In this document: positions 27,083 to 35,709 of the stretch, piece by piece
Layout of the letters: every line of letters begins with the position of its first letter
Position numbering within the stretch: the first letter of the stretch is position 1
Virus record (IMG/VR): IMGVR_UViG_3300042567_001401
Location: 1-59,636 of that record
Source: a virus
Taxonomy: Duplodnaviria > Caudoviricetes
Direction: 5' to 3' (one strand)
DNA length: 59,636 nucleotides
Program-made: the position numbers and the translations under genes
Notes under the pieces: model-generated
What the model was told of the DNA's origin: nothing
Database searches by the model: none
What the model saw: the letters and a program-made list of their open reading frames with translations, nothing else

Positions 27083-27149
27083 TGTTGTGACTGGAATCCA
27101 GCCAACTGCTATGGTATGATAAAATAATATTCAGAATGGAGATTCAATA

Positions 27150-27674
27150 ATGAGTGATGCGAATGAAAGAACAGTCTGGGAGCCAAAAGTCCCCACTCTG
27201 CCAGAAGGCGGTTTTCAGAGCTGGTTGAATTGGGAAACCAAATTTGGAGAATACGGCGATCCAGGTTATGAAAGAATGACATTTCCAATTACATCCGTCA
27301 GTGCTTTCGGCAATAATGACCCTTTTGATTTAATTTGGACACTATACCGAGGTGAAGATGGATTGCTTCTTGCTGTTCATGCATCATATTACGATGCCGA
27401 GGGGCTTAGGCACCCTTTTATATTTATAGTACATCCAGACCACAGGGGTAAGGGGATTGCATCAAAAATTGCTCGTGATTTAGAGGATGAATTTATTGCA
27501 AACGAAGCTCATAGATATGGGATGTCACCTGCTGAATTTGCTGCACTGTCAAGAGCTGAATTGGCAGCGTTGGTTGTTCCAGATATGTACAAAGATGTAG
27601 AAACTAATCCATCTGGAGCTGGTTTTCTTAATAAGCTTGTTGACAAGTTTTACAATGTTGAAAGAGAATCATAA
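27150..27674 (+). CDS. GNAT-family acetyltransferase
   Basis: FIVHPDHRGKGIASKI acetyl-CoA-binding motif A; TNPSGAGF; preceded by TGATAAAAT and a GGAG RBS. Confidence 0.7.
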   Translation: MSDANERTVWEPKVPTLPEGGFQSWLNWETKFGEYGDPGYERMTFPITSVSAFGNNDPFDLIWTLYRGEDGLLLAVHASYYDAEGLRHPFIFIVHPDHRGKGIASKIARDLEDEFIANEAHRYGMSPAEFAALSRAELAALVVPDMYKDVETNPSGAGFLNKLVDKFYNVERES

Positions 27675-27676
27675 CT

Positions 27677-27904
27677 ATGACACCGTATCAAGAATGGAAG
27701 AAAAGCCTAGGTGATACTCGCCCTTGGGATGTTGTGAATCCTAATTCAGAAAAAGCTTCTGATGATCTAGCAGCTCAAAGAATTGCTGTATGTCAAACAT
27801 GCCCAAGTTTATTAAAAATAACTACTCAATGTAAAGAGTGCGGTTGCTTTATGAAACTCAAAACTAAATTGCAAAATGCGACATGTCCACTTGCCAAGTG
27901 GTGA
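27677..27904 (+). CDS. small Cys-rich metal-binding protein (DUF6171-like)
   Basis: R..VCQTC...QCKECGCFMKLKTKL..ATCPLAKW. Confidence 0.7.
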   Translation: MTPYQEWKKSLGDTRPWDVVNPNSEKASDDLAAQRIAVCQTCPSLLKITTQCKECGCFMKLKTKLQNATCPLAKW

Positions 27905-27905
27905 T

Positions 27906-28490
27906 ATGTCAAAAAAACTTGCCCCTGGGATTCATGTCTATAATTTTCAAGAGATGTCTGATTGCTATGAAGTTATAAATACAAACATCAAAAATTTTTT
28001 TGGATATGGGAAAGTTGTTTCTAGCAACAAAAACCCGTATATGGATTTGAATTCAAGAAAAGTGAAAGTTTATCCTATGGGTAAAGCTTCGTCATGTCAT
28101 GAGGATGACCCAATAAATGTGTTTAAAAGAAATATTGAAAAATCAACTACTGTTGCGATAGAGGATTATAGGGGGATTCACTCCTTAGATAAGCTAGAGA
28201 AAAAACATGACTGGGAAATCCTCAAATATGATGCTGGTGATTTTTTTAAAACACATATGGATGACTGTGCGGCTCACTCTAGAACCGTTTCAGCTGTTGT
28301 CTATTTCAATGAAGACTACGAAGGGGGAGAAATTGAGTTCCCAAATTTTGATGTATTCTATAAGCCAAAATCTGGCGATGTGTTAGTTTTCCCATCAATT
28401 TTCACCTATATTCATAATGTAAGAGAAATAACATCGGGAACAAGATATGCGGCAGTTAACTGGTTTTCTTATGCAAAACGCAGTATTTGA
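27906..28490 (+). CDS. 2OG-Fe(II) oxygenase, prolyl 4-hydroxylase-like
   Basis: LKYDAGDFFKTHMD (HxD), RTVSAVVYFNEDYEGGEIEF, FPS.FTYIHNV..ITSGTRY; start probably ATG 27906. Confidence 0.9.
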   Translation: MSKKLAPGIHVYNFQEMSDCYEVINTNIKNFFGYGKVVSSNKNPYMDLNSRKVKVYPMGKASSCHEDDPINVFKRNIEKSTTVAIEDYRGIHSLDKLEKKHDWEILKYDAGDFFKTHMDDCAAHSRTVSAVVYFNEDYEGGEIEFPNFDVFYKPKSGDVLVFPSIFTYIHNVREITSGTRYAAVNWFSYAKRSI

Positions 28491-28504
28491 GGTATAATAG
28501 GTAA

Positions 28505-29170
28505 ATGGCTTACGAAAATTACTCCTTTGTCTCCTGGACAGACGCAACACCGCTCTCGTCAGACAGGATGGCGCAAATGTCTATGAACATAGAGCAAGTG
28601 CGTGATTATAACGACTCAAAACCAGCTGGCATACTTGAATTTGCAGAGCTAACAACAAATAATGTTGTATCAAATGTTGGTAGCAACGCTACTTCAATTA
28701 TTGCACTTACAAACCCAGCGGGTGGTTCTGATCAAAGAGTAACTATTAATGAAAATCGTTACTATAAAGTAACAGTAGTATTTCCAGGGTTTACTGTATA
28801 CAGCAAGGGCGCAGAAGATGCCGTGTTGACTCTGCAGGTATGGAAGGATGTGCAGTCAGGGTATGGTGCTACTACGCCTATTCAGGAATGGGTTTTTTCG
28901 CAATCTGCGCACATCTTCCATAACACAGCCAGTAATGCAAACATTGCAGCCAGCGGTCAAACATTTAAAGCAGATTACGGCAGATTAGCTGCTGGCACTT
29001 ATAGCATATTCATGGAAAGCGCTGGTGGATTGAATGCTGAGTCATTCTCTGCATCAGTTAAGAGAACATTCGGCACATCGGGTAGCACCAATGCTCCTCA
29101 AATATCGGTTAACCCAACAGCTACGGAGAAGTTGCAATTGATTGTTGAAGATGTTGGCGCAAGCATCTAG
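28505..29170 (+). CDS. virion structural / minor tail protein
   Basis: VSWTDATPLSSDRMAQM N-terminal anchor-like motif; ends LIVEDVG; TATAAT 6 nt before the ATG. Confidence 0.6.
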   Translation: MAYENYSFVSWTDATPLSSDRMAQMSMNIEQVRDYNDSKPAGILEFAELTTNNVVSNVGSNATSIIALTNPAGGSDQRVTINENRYYKVTVVFPGFTVYSKGAEDAVLTLQVWKDVQSGYGATTPIQEWVFSQSAHIFHNTASNANIAASGQTFKADYGRLAAGTYSIFMESAGGLNAESFSASVKRTFGTSGSTNAPQISVNPTATEKLQLIVEDVGASI

Positions 29171-29172
29171 TT

Positions 29173-29583
29173 ATGAGAGAGCTGGCATCTAAAAGAAAAG
29201 ATGTAGAGTGGGCAATTAGAAGCGTTTCTGGTGAACATAACCCTAATTACGGCGGTGGAAAGTATATTGACGATAAGGGGTATATAAGAATTCTTAATCA
29301 AGACCATCCATATAATATTAAAGGTTATGTCTACGAGCATAGAACTGTTTTTGAGGCGTATCTGGGTAGACATTTGCAACCTTGGGAGACAGTGCATCAC
29401 ATCAATGAAATAAAAGTTGATAATCGTGTGAGCAATTTGTACTTGTGCACAGTGCCAGAACATAGCGCTGTCCATAGGGAAGGCAAGAAACCAAGTGATA
29501 GCCATCGTGAAAAAATGCGTGAGAACATGAATAAGCGCAATCAAGAAACACGAGAAAAAAAGAAGAAACAAACTCTAAGATAA
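29173..29583 (+). CDS. HNH homing endonuclease
   Basis: GYVYEHRTV.E..LGR.L...E.VHHINE.K.DNR..NL.L....EH. Confidence 0.88.
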   Translation: MRELASKRKDVEWAIRSVSGEHNPNYGGGKYIDDKGYIRILNQDHPYNIKGYVYEHRTVFEAYLGRHLQPWETVHHINEIKVDNRVSNLYLCTVPEHSAVHREGKKPSDSHREKMRENMNKRNQETREKKKKQTLR

Positions 29584-29629
29584 ACGATTTTTACACAAAT
29601 CCCGTCAGATTTGGTGTACAATTAACCTT

Positions 29630-30796
29630 ATGAAAATATGCGAAGCAAAAGGTTGCGACCAAGAGTTTGAACCAAATACAGCAAATCACAAATATGCAGA
29701 CAAAGACTGTCGTAAGTCAATAGACAGTACTGGCATCTGCAAATATAGACGACAGAAAGGTTTATTTGAAGTGCCAAAAGATCCAATCACTGGTGAACAA
29801 CCAGTTTCAGACCCAGAGTTGAGAGTTTCATTTACGAGACTTCAGCAGGAATATAACAAGCTAAAGACGAAGAGCGATGATTTGGCTAGTGCAGTTTATC
29901 AGGCTGTAAGAGATGACATGGCTGACAATAAGTACAAGCCAGTCCCAAAGCCAGTTCTTAGTAAGAAAAAGAACGGAGAAGAAGTAGCCGTTGCGGTCAT
30001 TGCCGACTGGCAACTTGCTAAAATCACTCCCGATTACAATTCACAAGTGTGTGAAGAAAGAATCTACAAGTTTGCTGAGAAGATTATCAATCTTACTGAA
30101 ATCCAAAGACAAGATCACCCAGTTCGTGAGCTTAGAATTTGGGCTCTAGGGGATATTATTGAAGGCGAATTGATCTTCCCAGGTCAATCGTTCCTAGTTG
30201 ATGGTGGTCTGTACAGACAGATCACAGTTGATGGTCCAAGAATTCTTAAGAACTTTATTAACATCATGCTTGAAAACTTTGAAAAAGTTACATTTGTTGG
30301 TGTGATTGGTAATCATGGTTCAATTGGCGGTAGGGCGAGAAGAGATCACGACCCTGAGACCAACGGTGACAGAATGCTTTATCGCATTGCTCAGTTGATG
30401 TTTGAAAATGAAAAGAGAATTGAATTTAAGATTCCTGATGGTCGTGGTGAGCGTCATTGGTACGCAATTGACAAGATTGGGAATTACAAAGCAATGCTCT
30501 GTCACGGCGATCAATTCGGTAGCTTGTCTTCATTCTACTCTTTCCAAAAGAAAGCGTATGGCTGGAAGATTGGTGCATTGAGTGAGGATTTTGATGATAT
30601 CTACATTGGTCATTTCCATACACCAACTAAGATGACATTCAATACTGTCCAATTAAGAATCTCTGGTAGCCCCGAATCTGTAAACACATATGCCGCTGAG
30701 GTGCTAGCCGCAGTTGGCAGACCGTCACAATCACTTTATTTTGTTCACCCAGAGAAAGGAATGGTAACAGCGGAGTATAACTGCTGGTTAGACTGA
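29630..30796 (+). CDS. calcineurin-like metallophosphoesterase/nuclease with an N-terminal Cys-finger
   Basis: IADWQ, LGDIIEG, GNHG, HGD and GHFH motifs; N-terminal CxxxxC...C; TACAAT 7 nt before the ATG. Confidence 0.85.
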   Translation: MKICEAKGCDQEFEPNTANHKYADKDCRKSIDSTGICKYRRQKGLFEVPKDPITGEQPVSDPELRVSFTRLQQEYNKLKTKSDDLASAVYQAVRDDMADNKYKPVPKPVLSKKKNGEEVAVAVIADWQLAKITPDYNSQVCEERIYKFAEKIINLTEIQRQDHPVRELRIWALGDIIEGELIFPGQSFLVDGGLYRQITVDGPRILKNFINIMLENFEKVTFVGVIGNHGSIGGRARRDHDPETNGDRMLYRIAQLMFENEKRIEFKIPDGRGERHWYAIDKIGNYKAMLCHGDQFGSLSSFYSFQKKAYGWKIGALSEDFDDIYIGHFHTPTKMTFNTVQLRISGSPESVNTYAAEVLAAVGRPSQSLYFVHPEKGMVTAEYNCWLD

Positions 30797-30797
30797 T

Positions 30798-31019
30798 ATG
30801 GCTAAAGCAACAGGGTTCTATTGCAGAAATTGCACTGGAAGAATGTTTACAGGGCAACAGTACTATGCATTTCAAAAGAATTATATTGATTTGACATGTG
30901 TAAAATGCTCAACATCAATAGATGTTGAAGTAAGGAAGATAAACAAAATACTTGGTGCTTTAGGTTTTAAAAAGCTGGAGGAACGGTATGAACTTGCAGA
31001 CCAAAATAGTCATAAATAA
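30798..31019 (+). CDS. small zinc-ribbon protein
   Basis: CRNC...CVKC. Confidence 0.65.
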   Translation: MAKATGFYCRNCTGRMFTGQQYYAFQKNYIDLTCVKCSTSIDVEVRKINKILGALGFKKLEERYELADQNSHK

Positions 31020-31428
31020 GTTTTATAAATATTCAAACACCATTGTTAAGGTTAAGAAAATTACAAAAAATCTTAATAAGATTTTAGTAACTGATTTAAC
31101 AAGTAAACAAGAAATGGCTATGCCCTTTGAGGGGGCTGAGTTGATTATGCATAGAATTTATACAATTGGCGAGGTCGCAAAGATTGTTGAGAAAAGATCA
31201 GATACTATTCGTAAATATGAGAAAAAAGGTCTGATCCCCAGCGGTAAAAAATTTAGTGAATCTTGTGAAAGTTATAAAAATTGGCGGTATTATGATAGAG
31301 AGGATGTTTACAACATGGTATCATTCTTTAATAACAGAACACCAGGGAGACCTGTGTCTGATAAGAACATAAATGTACAAGCAAAAGTTATTAGAATATC
31401 CGAAAAAATAAAGATAGGAAAAAGGTAA
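30988..31428 (+). CDS. MerR-type HTH DNA-binding protein
   Basis: YTIGEVAKIV...DTIRKYEKKGLIP...WRYYDREDV. Confidence 0.85.
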   Translation: MNLQTKIVINKFYKYSNTIVKVKKITKNLNKILVTDLTSKQEMAMPFEGAELIMHRIYTIGEVAKIVEKRSDTIRKYEKKGLIPSGKKFSESCESYKNWRYYDREDVYNMVSFFNNRTPGRPVSDKNINVQAKVIRISEKIKIGKR

Positions 31429-31429
31429 T

Positions 31430-31639
31430 ATGACAACACCATTAAACGAAAATCAAGTTGAGCTGTGGGCTTCAGTAGGCATCACAAAGAACTTGGGTAA
31501 CTACGAATCACTTCGTCTTGACGCTGGCGCAAGAGTAATTGCTTCCAGTATTGATGATGAAAAGTCTTGGAGTAAGTTGTGGGATTCAATTGACTCACAA
31601 ATTGAAGCGAAGCTCCAAGAGCTTGACGCAGAGAAGTAA
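31430..31639 (+). CDS. conserved phage hypothetical protein
   Basis: GITKNLGNYESLRLD motif, recalled from phage replication modules. Confidence 0.65.
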   Translation: MTTPLNENQVELWASVGITKNLGNYESLRLDAGARVIASSIDDEKSWSKLWDSIDSQIEAKLQELDAEK

Positions 31640-31930
31640 TTGGTAAATTGGAGAAAAAAAGCACTTTGCGCTGAAGATAATAACAGCATTTATTGGTTTT
31701 CGTATAAACACGAAGATGTCCAGTATGCAAAAAACATTTGTCAATCATGTGAGGTCAGAAAAGAATGTCTGATCAATGCATGGGGTGAAGAAGTTATATA
31801 CGGCGTTAACGGTGGTTACTCCGAATTTGATATACTATTAGCAACTTGGAAGAAAGCTAAAAAAGAAAATGATAGCAACTGGAACAGAACTGATAGAACA
31901 CTTCAAAAATTACTGCGCAAAGCAGAATAA
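31640..31930 (+). CDS. whiB: WhiB-family Fe-S transcription factor
   Basis: W...ALC...AKNICQSCEVRKECL...YGVNGG (4 Cys and a G-x-x-GG turn). Confidence 0.8.
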   Translation: MVNWRKKALCAEDNNSIYWFSYKHEDVQYAKNICQSCEVRKECLINAWGEEVIYGVNGGYSEFDILLATWKKAKKENDSNWNRTDRTLQKLLRKAE

Positions 31931-32174
31931 GCTGTTCATCCCCGACTCTCCACGGCAAGAGGCAGTCGCAGACTCTCTTGTTAGTTTCTATAAGAATGAC
32001 AACCTTAGACTTGGGCTGGAAAGCTTTGTAAGAAGCAGACCAGGACCATTTTTAGTTTTTGATTTTGCAATAGAATCTAGATCGTTTGTAGAGAAAGCTC
32101 AGCTTGATAAGAAATCAACTGATAAATTTAAATCCATAGTGGAAGAAACTAAGAAGAGAATGGAGACAGAGTGA
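31869..32174 (+). CDS. hypothetical protein (possible helicase accessory)
   Basis: ORF translationally coupled to dnaB; no motif recognised. Confidence 0.5.
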   Translation: MIATGTELIEHFKNYCAKQNKLFIPDSPRQEAVADSLVSFYKNDNLRLGLESFVRSRPGPFLVFDFAIESRSFVEKAQLDKKSTDKFKSIVEETKKRMETE

Positions 32175-33385
32175 ATTACGAAGTAAGACTTCTAAATTCT
32201 ATCGTTGATACCCAAGACTATGTAACCGCTGTAAATAGCGGTGTTGAGAATGTATTTTTGGAGTATAGAGATGTTTGGAATTTCATAGTTTCTCACTACG
32301 AAACGCATAGTAAAGTTCCGTCAAAGGAAACAGTAAAACAGCACCATCAGGATTTTGAATTTATCTCAACACCTGAACCGTTGGCTTACTATGTTGATGA
32401 AGCAAAGAAGGAATCTCTGTCCTACCAGACTAGAGGGATTGTTGCGAAAGCGCATGGGTTGATTAACGAGTCTGGTCCGAAAGAGGCACTGTCATTTTTG
32501 ATGGAAGAGACTTCAAAGCTTTATAAGTTTTCATCAAACTTAAAAGACACCGATCTTGCTGGGGAATGGAAAGACCGAGTTAGGGATTTGAAAGCTAGGT
32601 CTCTCAATCCTAAAGCAATTGCTGGCATTCCTAGCGGTATTGATGTTATTGACAAGGTGTTCGGTGGTTGGCAATCGGGTGACTTTATCGTTCTACTCGG
32701 TTGGACTGGCGTTGGTAAATCATTCATCGCAAGACTATTTGCTGTTAATGCGTGGAAAGCTGGCTATAGACCGTTGATCATTTCTTTGGAAATGAATAAG
32801 CAACAAGAAGGTCAAAGACTAGACACATTGTTGAATAATGGCGAAGGTCATTTCACCAACACGGACTTGATCAAAGCAAACCCAGGAATTGTTGATGGTT
32901 ACGAAAAGTGGGCACAGGCTACTTTTGAAGGTAAGCACGCTATTCATCTTGTTACATCAGAAGGGCTTGAAACAGCAGATCAAAACATGGTGCAAGCAAA
33001 GATTGATCAGTACCATCCCGACATGGTTATTCTTGATTATCACAGTTTGTTTGATGATTCAAGCGGTGCCAAGAATGAGACAGAGAAAGCTAAGAACCTT
33101 TCTAAGGCATTTAAGCGTATTGCGGTAAAGAATGGTATCCCTATCATAGATGTTGCTGCAGTAACAATGGCTGACGGTCACTCGGAGAGACCGCCAGAGC
33201 TAGAGGAAGTTGCATGGAGTAAGCAGTTGGCGTATGACGCTGACCTTGTTCTTGCTATCCATAGAGAGTTAGCATCTGATTTATTCCAGGTGGTATCAAG
33301 AAAAGTTCGTAGAGCATCGCACTTCGGTTTCTACCTTAGATGGAATCTAGAAACTGGTAAGTGGGTAGAGGAGTGGGACATTTAA
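32171..33385 (+). CDS. dnaB: DnaB-like replicative helicase
   Basis: GWTGVGKS Walker A, ISLEM, VILDY Walker B, AYDADLVL. Confidence 0.92.
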   Translation: MNYEVRLLNSIVDTQDYVTAVNSGVENVFLEYRDVWNFIVSHYETHSKVPSKETVKQHHQDFEFISTPEPLAYYVDEAKKESLSYQTRGIVAKAHGLINESGPKEALSFLMEETSKLYKFSSNLKDTDLAGEWKDRVRDLKARSLNPKAIAGIPSGIDVIDKVFGGWQSGDFIVLLGWTGVGKSFIARLFAVNAWKAGYRPLIISLEMNKQQEGQRLDTLLNNGEGHFTNTDLIKANPGIVDGYEKWAQATFEGKHAIHLVTSEGLETADQNMVQAKIDQYHPDMVILDYHSLFDDSSGAKNETEKAKNLSKAFKRIAVKNGIPIIDVAAVTMADGHSERPPELEEVAWSKQLAYDADLVLAIHRELASDLFQVVSRKVRRASHFGFYLRWNLETGKWVEEWDI

Positions 33386-33552
33386 TGAAAGCTGTAGTTA
33401 AAGGTGAAGTCAAGGATATTGAAACTCTTAACAGACTCAGACCTTGGATGGAAGATGAAGCTCGTAAAAAATATGGCAATTTTGATAAAACAAGATTGAT
33501 TACTGACTATGATGCTGGTAGAGATGTCTACAAATTCAAATTTCTTATCTAG
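33385..33552 (+). CDS. hypothetical protein
   Basis: ATG overlaps the dnaB stop (TAATG); 55 aa. Confidence 0.5.
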   Translation: MKAVVKGEVKDIETLNRLRPWMEDEARKKYGNFDKTRLITDYDAGRDVYKFKFLI

Positions 33553-34444
33553 TTCTATTGAGGAAGAGATACTATCGTTATTTAATAATTATAATGTCTC
33601 AATTCAAAGTGCTAATGGTGAAGAGTTAAATGTCTATTGCCCATTTCACAAGAATACACATAGCGCCGCTATGTATATCAATGTTAGAACTGGTCTCTGG
33701 CAGTGCTTCAATCCGTCATGTGGTAAGAAAGGTAACTTTAGGCAGTTATATTTCAACATCACTGGTAAGTCGTACAGTAAACACATAGATCTTGATAGCC
33801 ATAAGCTTGATAAAGAGCTGAATAGTTATAAGTATCAGGTGGATGATGTTAAAGAACTATCAATTGATAACCTAGTATTGGATTACGAAACACAATCTGA
33901 TTTGTTAAGAACAATGATTGAGCGTGGTTTAGAGATTGATACAATGAGGCACTTTGAAGTTGGTTTCTCAATTGAAAAGAATCGTGTAGTTATCCCAGTA
34001 AGGTCTCATAATTATGAGCTGGTAGGTCTTATTGGTAGAGCTATAGAGTCAACTCAACAGCCTAGATATTTGTACAATAAAGGCTTCAAGCGAGCAGATG
34101 TATTGTTCAATATTCATAATGCTAAAAACTACAATTCAGTTATTGTGGTTGAAGGTAGCGTGGATTGTATGTTTGTACATCAAGCTGGATACCCAAATGC
34201 GGTAGCAACTCTTGGGGCTGCGGTGTCAAAAAATCAAGGTAATATGATAAGAAGATTTTTTGATAAAGTTATCTTGTTTTGCGACAATGATGATGCTGGT
34301 ATGGCAATGAGATGTGCTATGATAGAGATGTGCCGAGGCAAAGAAATCTCGGTAGCAAGAATCCCCGAAGGAGTTAAAGACCCTGCGGAGATGACTAAAG
34401 AACAAATAGCAGAAGCTATAAACAACAAAGAAATAATCATATAG
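33509..34444 (+). CDS. dnaG: DNA primase (zinc finger plus TOPRIM)
   Basis: CPFH...WQCFNPSCG; VVEGSVD, ATLGA, FCDNDDAG, KDPAE. Confidence 0.92.
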   Translation: MMLVEMSTNSNFLSSSIEEEILSLFNNYNVSIQSANGEELNVYCPFHKNTHSAAMYINVRTGLWQCFNPSCGKKGNFRQLYFNITGKSYSKHIDLDSHKLDKELNSYKYQVDDVKELSIDNLVLDYETQSDLLRTMIERGLEIDTMRHFEVGFSIEKNRVVIPVRSHNYELVGLIGRAIESTQQPRYLYNKGFKRADVLFNIHNAKNYNSVIVVEGSVDCMFVHQAGYPNAVATLGAAVSKNQGNMIRRFFDKVILFCDNDDAGMAMRCAMIEMCRGKEISVARIPEGVKDPAEMTKEQIAEAINNKEIII

Positions 34445-34454
34445 GAGACAAAAC

Positions 34455-35096
34455 ATGTCATTTCAATCATTAAAATCACTAAAAGACTTGGAAAAGTCAG
34501 TAGCAAAACCAGGTGCGTCAGCAGGACCAAAGAAATTCTTTACGGTTCAAGCTGGTCAATCGTACCGCATTCGCTTCCGTCAGGAATTGACAGAAGATTC
34601 AACAAACTATGATGAAAATATCGGGACAGCAATTAATGTTCCAGTTATCACATCGCCAATCAACTGGAAGTGGAGAGTTGCTTCTACTGCGGGATTTGAA
34701 AAGTTCAATTACCGTTGTTGGGGTTCAGAACAAGCAACCGTTGATAAGGCTTGGAGACCAAAGCCCCATCTTTTGATTAATATTGCGGTGGAAATGGAAC
34801 CAGGTGTTTGGGAACCACGAGTTCTTGACACAACATTTAACCAACGCCATATTGGTCTTACACTTATTGAGTACGCAAAGGAATTCGGTACGATTACCGA
34901 CAGATTCTACAAGTACTCACGAACAGGATCTTCAGCGTCTGATACAAACTATTCATTGATTCCATTGGACTCTTCACCAGAGCCAAAGCAGATCACTGAA
35001 TTGCCAATGCATCAGCTAGACACTGTTTACATGATGCTTCCATATGAGAAGCAACAAATGTTCCTCACCACTGGTGAGATGAAAGATTCCTGGTAA
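34455..35096 (+). CDS. single-stranded DNA-binding protein (gp32-like OB fold)
   Basis: Follows the primase; YRIRF..., YKYSRTGSSASDTNYSLIP pattern; followed by a terminator. Confidence 0.65.
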   Translation: MSFQSLKSLKDLEKSVAKPGASAGPKKFFTVQAGQSYRIRFRQELTEDSTNYDENIGTAINVPVITSPINWKWRVASTAGFEKFNYRCWGSEQATVDKAWRPKPHLLINIAVEMEPGVWEPRVLDTTFNQRHIGLTLIEYAKEFGTITDRFYKYSRTGSSASDTNYSLIPLDSSPEPKQITELPMHQLDTVYMMLPYEKQQMFLTTGEMKDSW

Positions 35097-35109
35097 TCAT
35101 TAATGAATT

Positions 35110-35137
35110 GGGGAGGGCGAAAGCCCTCCCCTTTTTT
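35110..35137 (+). terminator. intrinsic terminator
   Basis: ggggagggc-GAAA-gccctcccc followed by T6. Confidence 0.9.
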
Positions 35138-35166
35138 CATGCTCAAAAATATGTAATTGGAGAAAA

Positions 35167-35709
35167 ATGGAATTCGTAAACACATCAATTGTTTTAGATT
35201 TAGACGGTGTAATTGCCGACATAGATACGGCAGTAGCTGATTATCTACTTTATAATCACGGAGTTACTGATGAAGATTACGGGTCGTGGTTTACATCAAA
35301 CACAACAGATGAAAACGCTCTGAAAATATTTCAAAATAATTTCTTTTGGAAAAACATGAAACCTTTTGAGGATGCTTTCTTTCAAGTGAATCATTGGTTT
35401 AGTCTTGGCATTGATATAAACATTGTAACGGCTAGGAGGCAACCAGCTGCTGTAGAGGAAACAGTGCCTTGGCTTGATATGTGGAGAATAAATACAGCAA
35501 AGCCAATGTTCTCGGAATTTGGGAAAAAGATTGATATCATCAAAAATATTGATCCACTATTTGTAGTGGAAGACAATCCACACGAAATAAAAATATTACA
35601 AGAGCATGGAATCAAGTGCTACTTGCGTGCGGCGTGGTACAATCAAGATTATTGGAACAAGATGGACACGATTGAATCGTTGTTTGAAATTGATTTGGAG
35701 AACCTGTGA
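35167..35709 (+). CDS. HAD-family 5'(3')-deoxyribonucleotidase-like phosphatase
   Basis: LDLDGVIAD motif I, IVTAR motif II, VEDNP motif IV. Confidence 0.85.
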   Translation: MEFVNTSIVLDLDGVIADIDTAVADYLLYNHGVTDEDYGSWFTSNTTDENALKIFQNNFFWKNMKPFEDAFFQVNHWFSLGIDINIVTARRQPAAVEETVPWLDMWRINTAKPMFSEFGKKIDIIKNIDPLFVVEDNPHEIKILQEHGIKCYLRAAWYNQDYWNKMDTIESLFEIDLENL

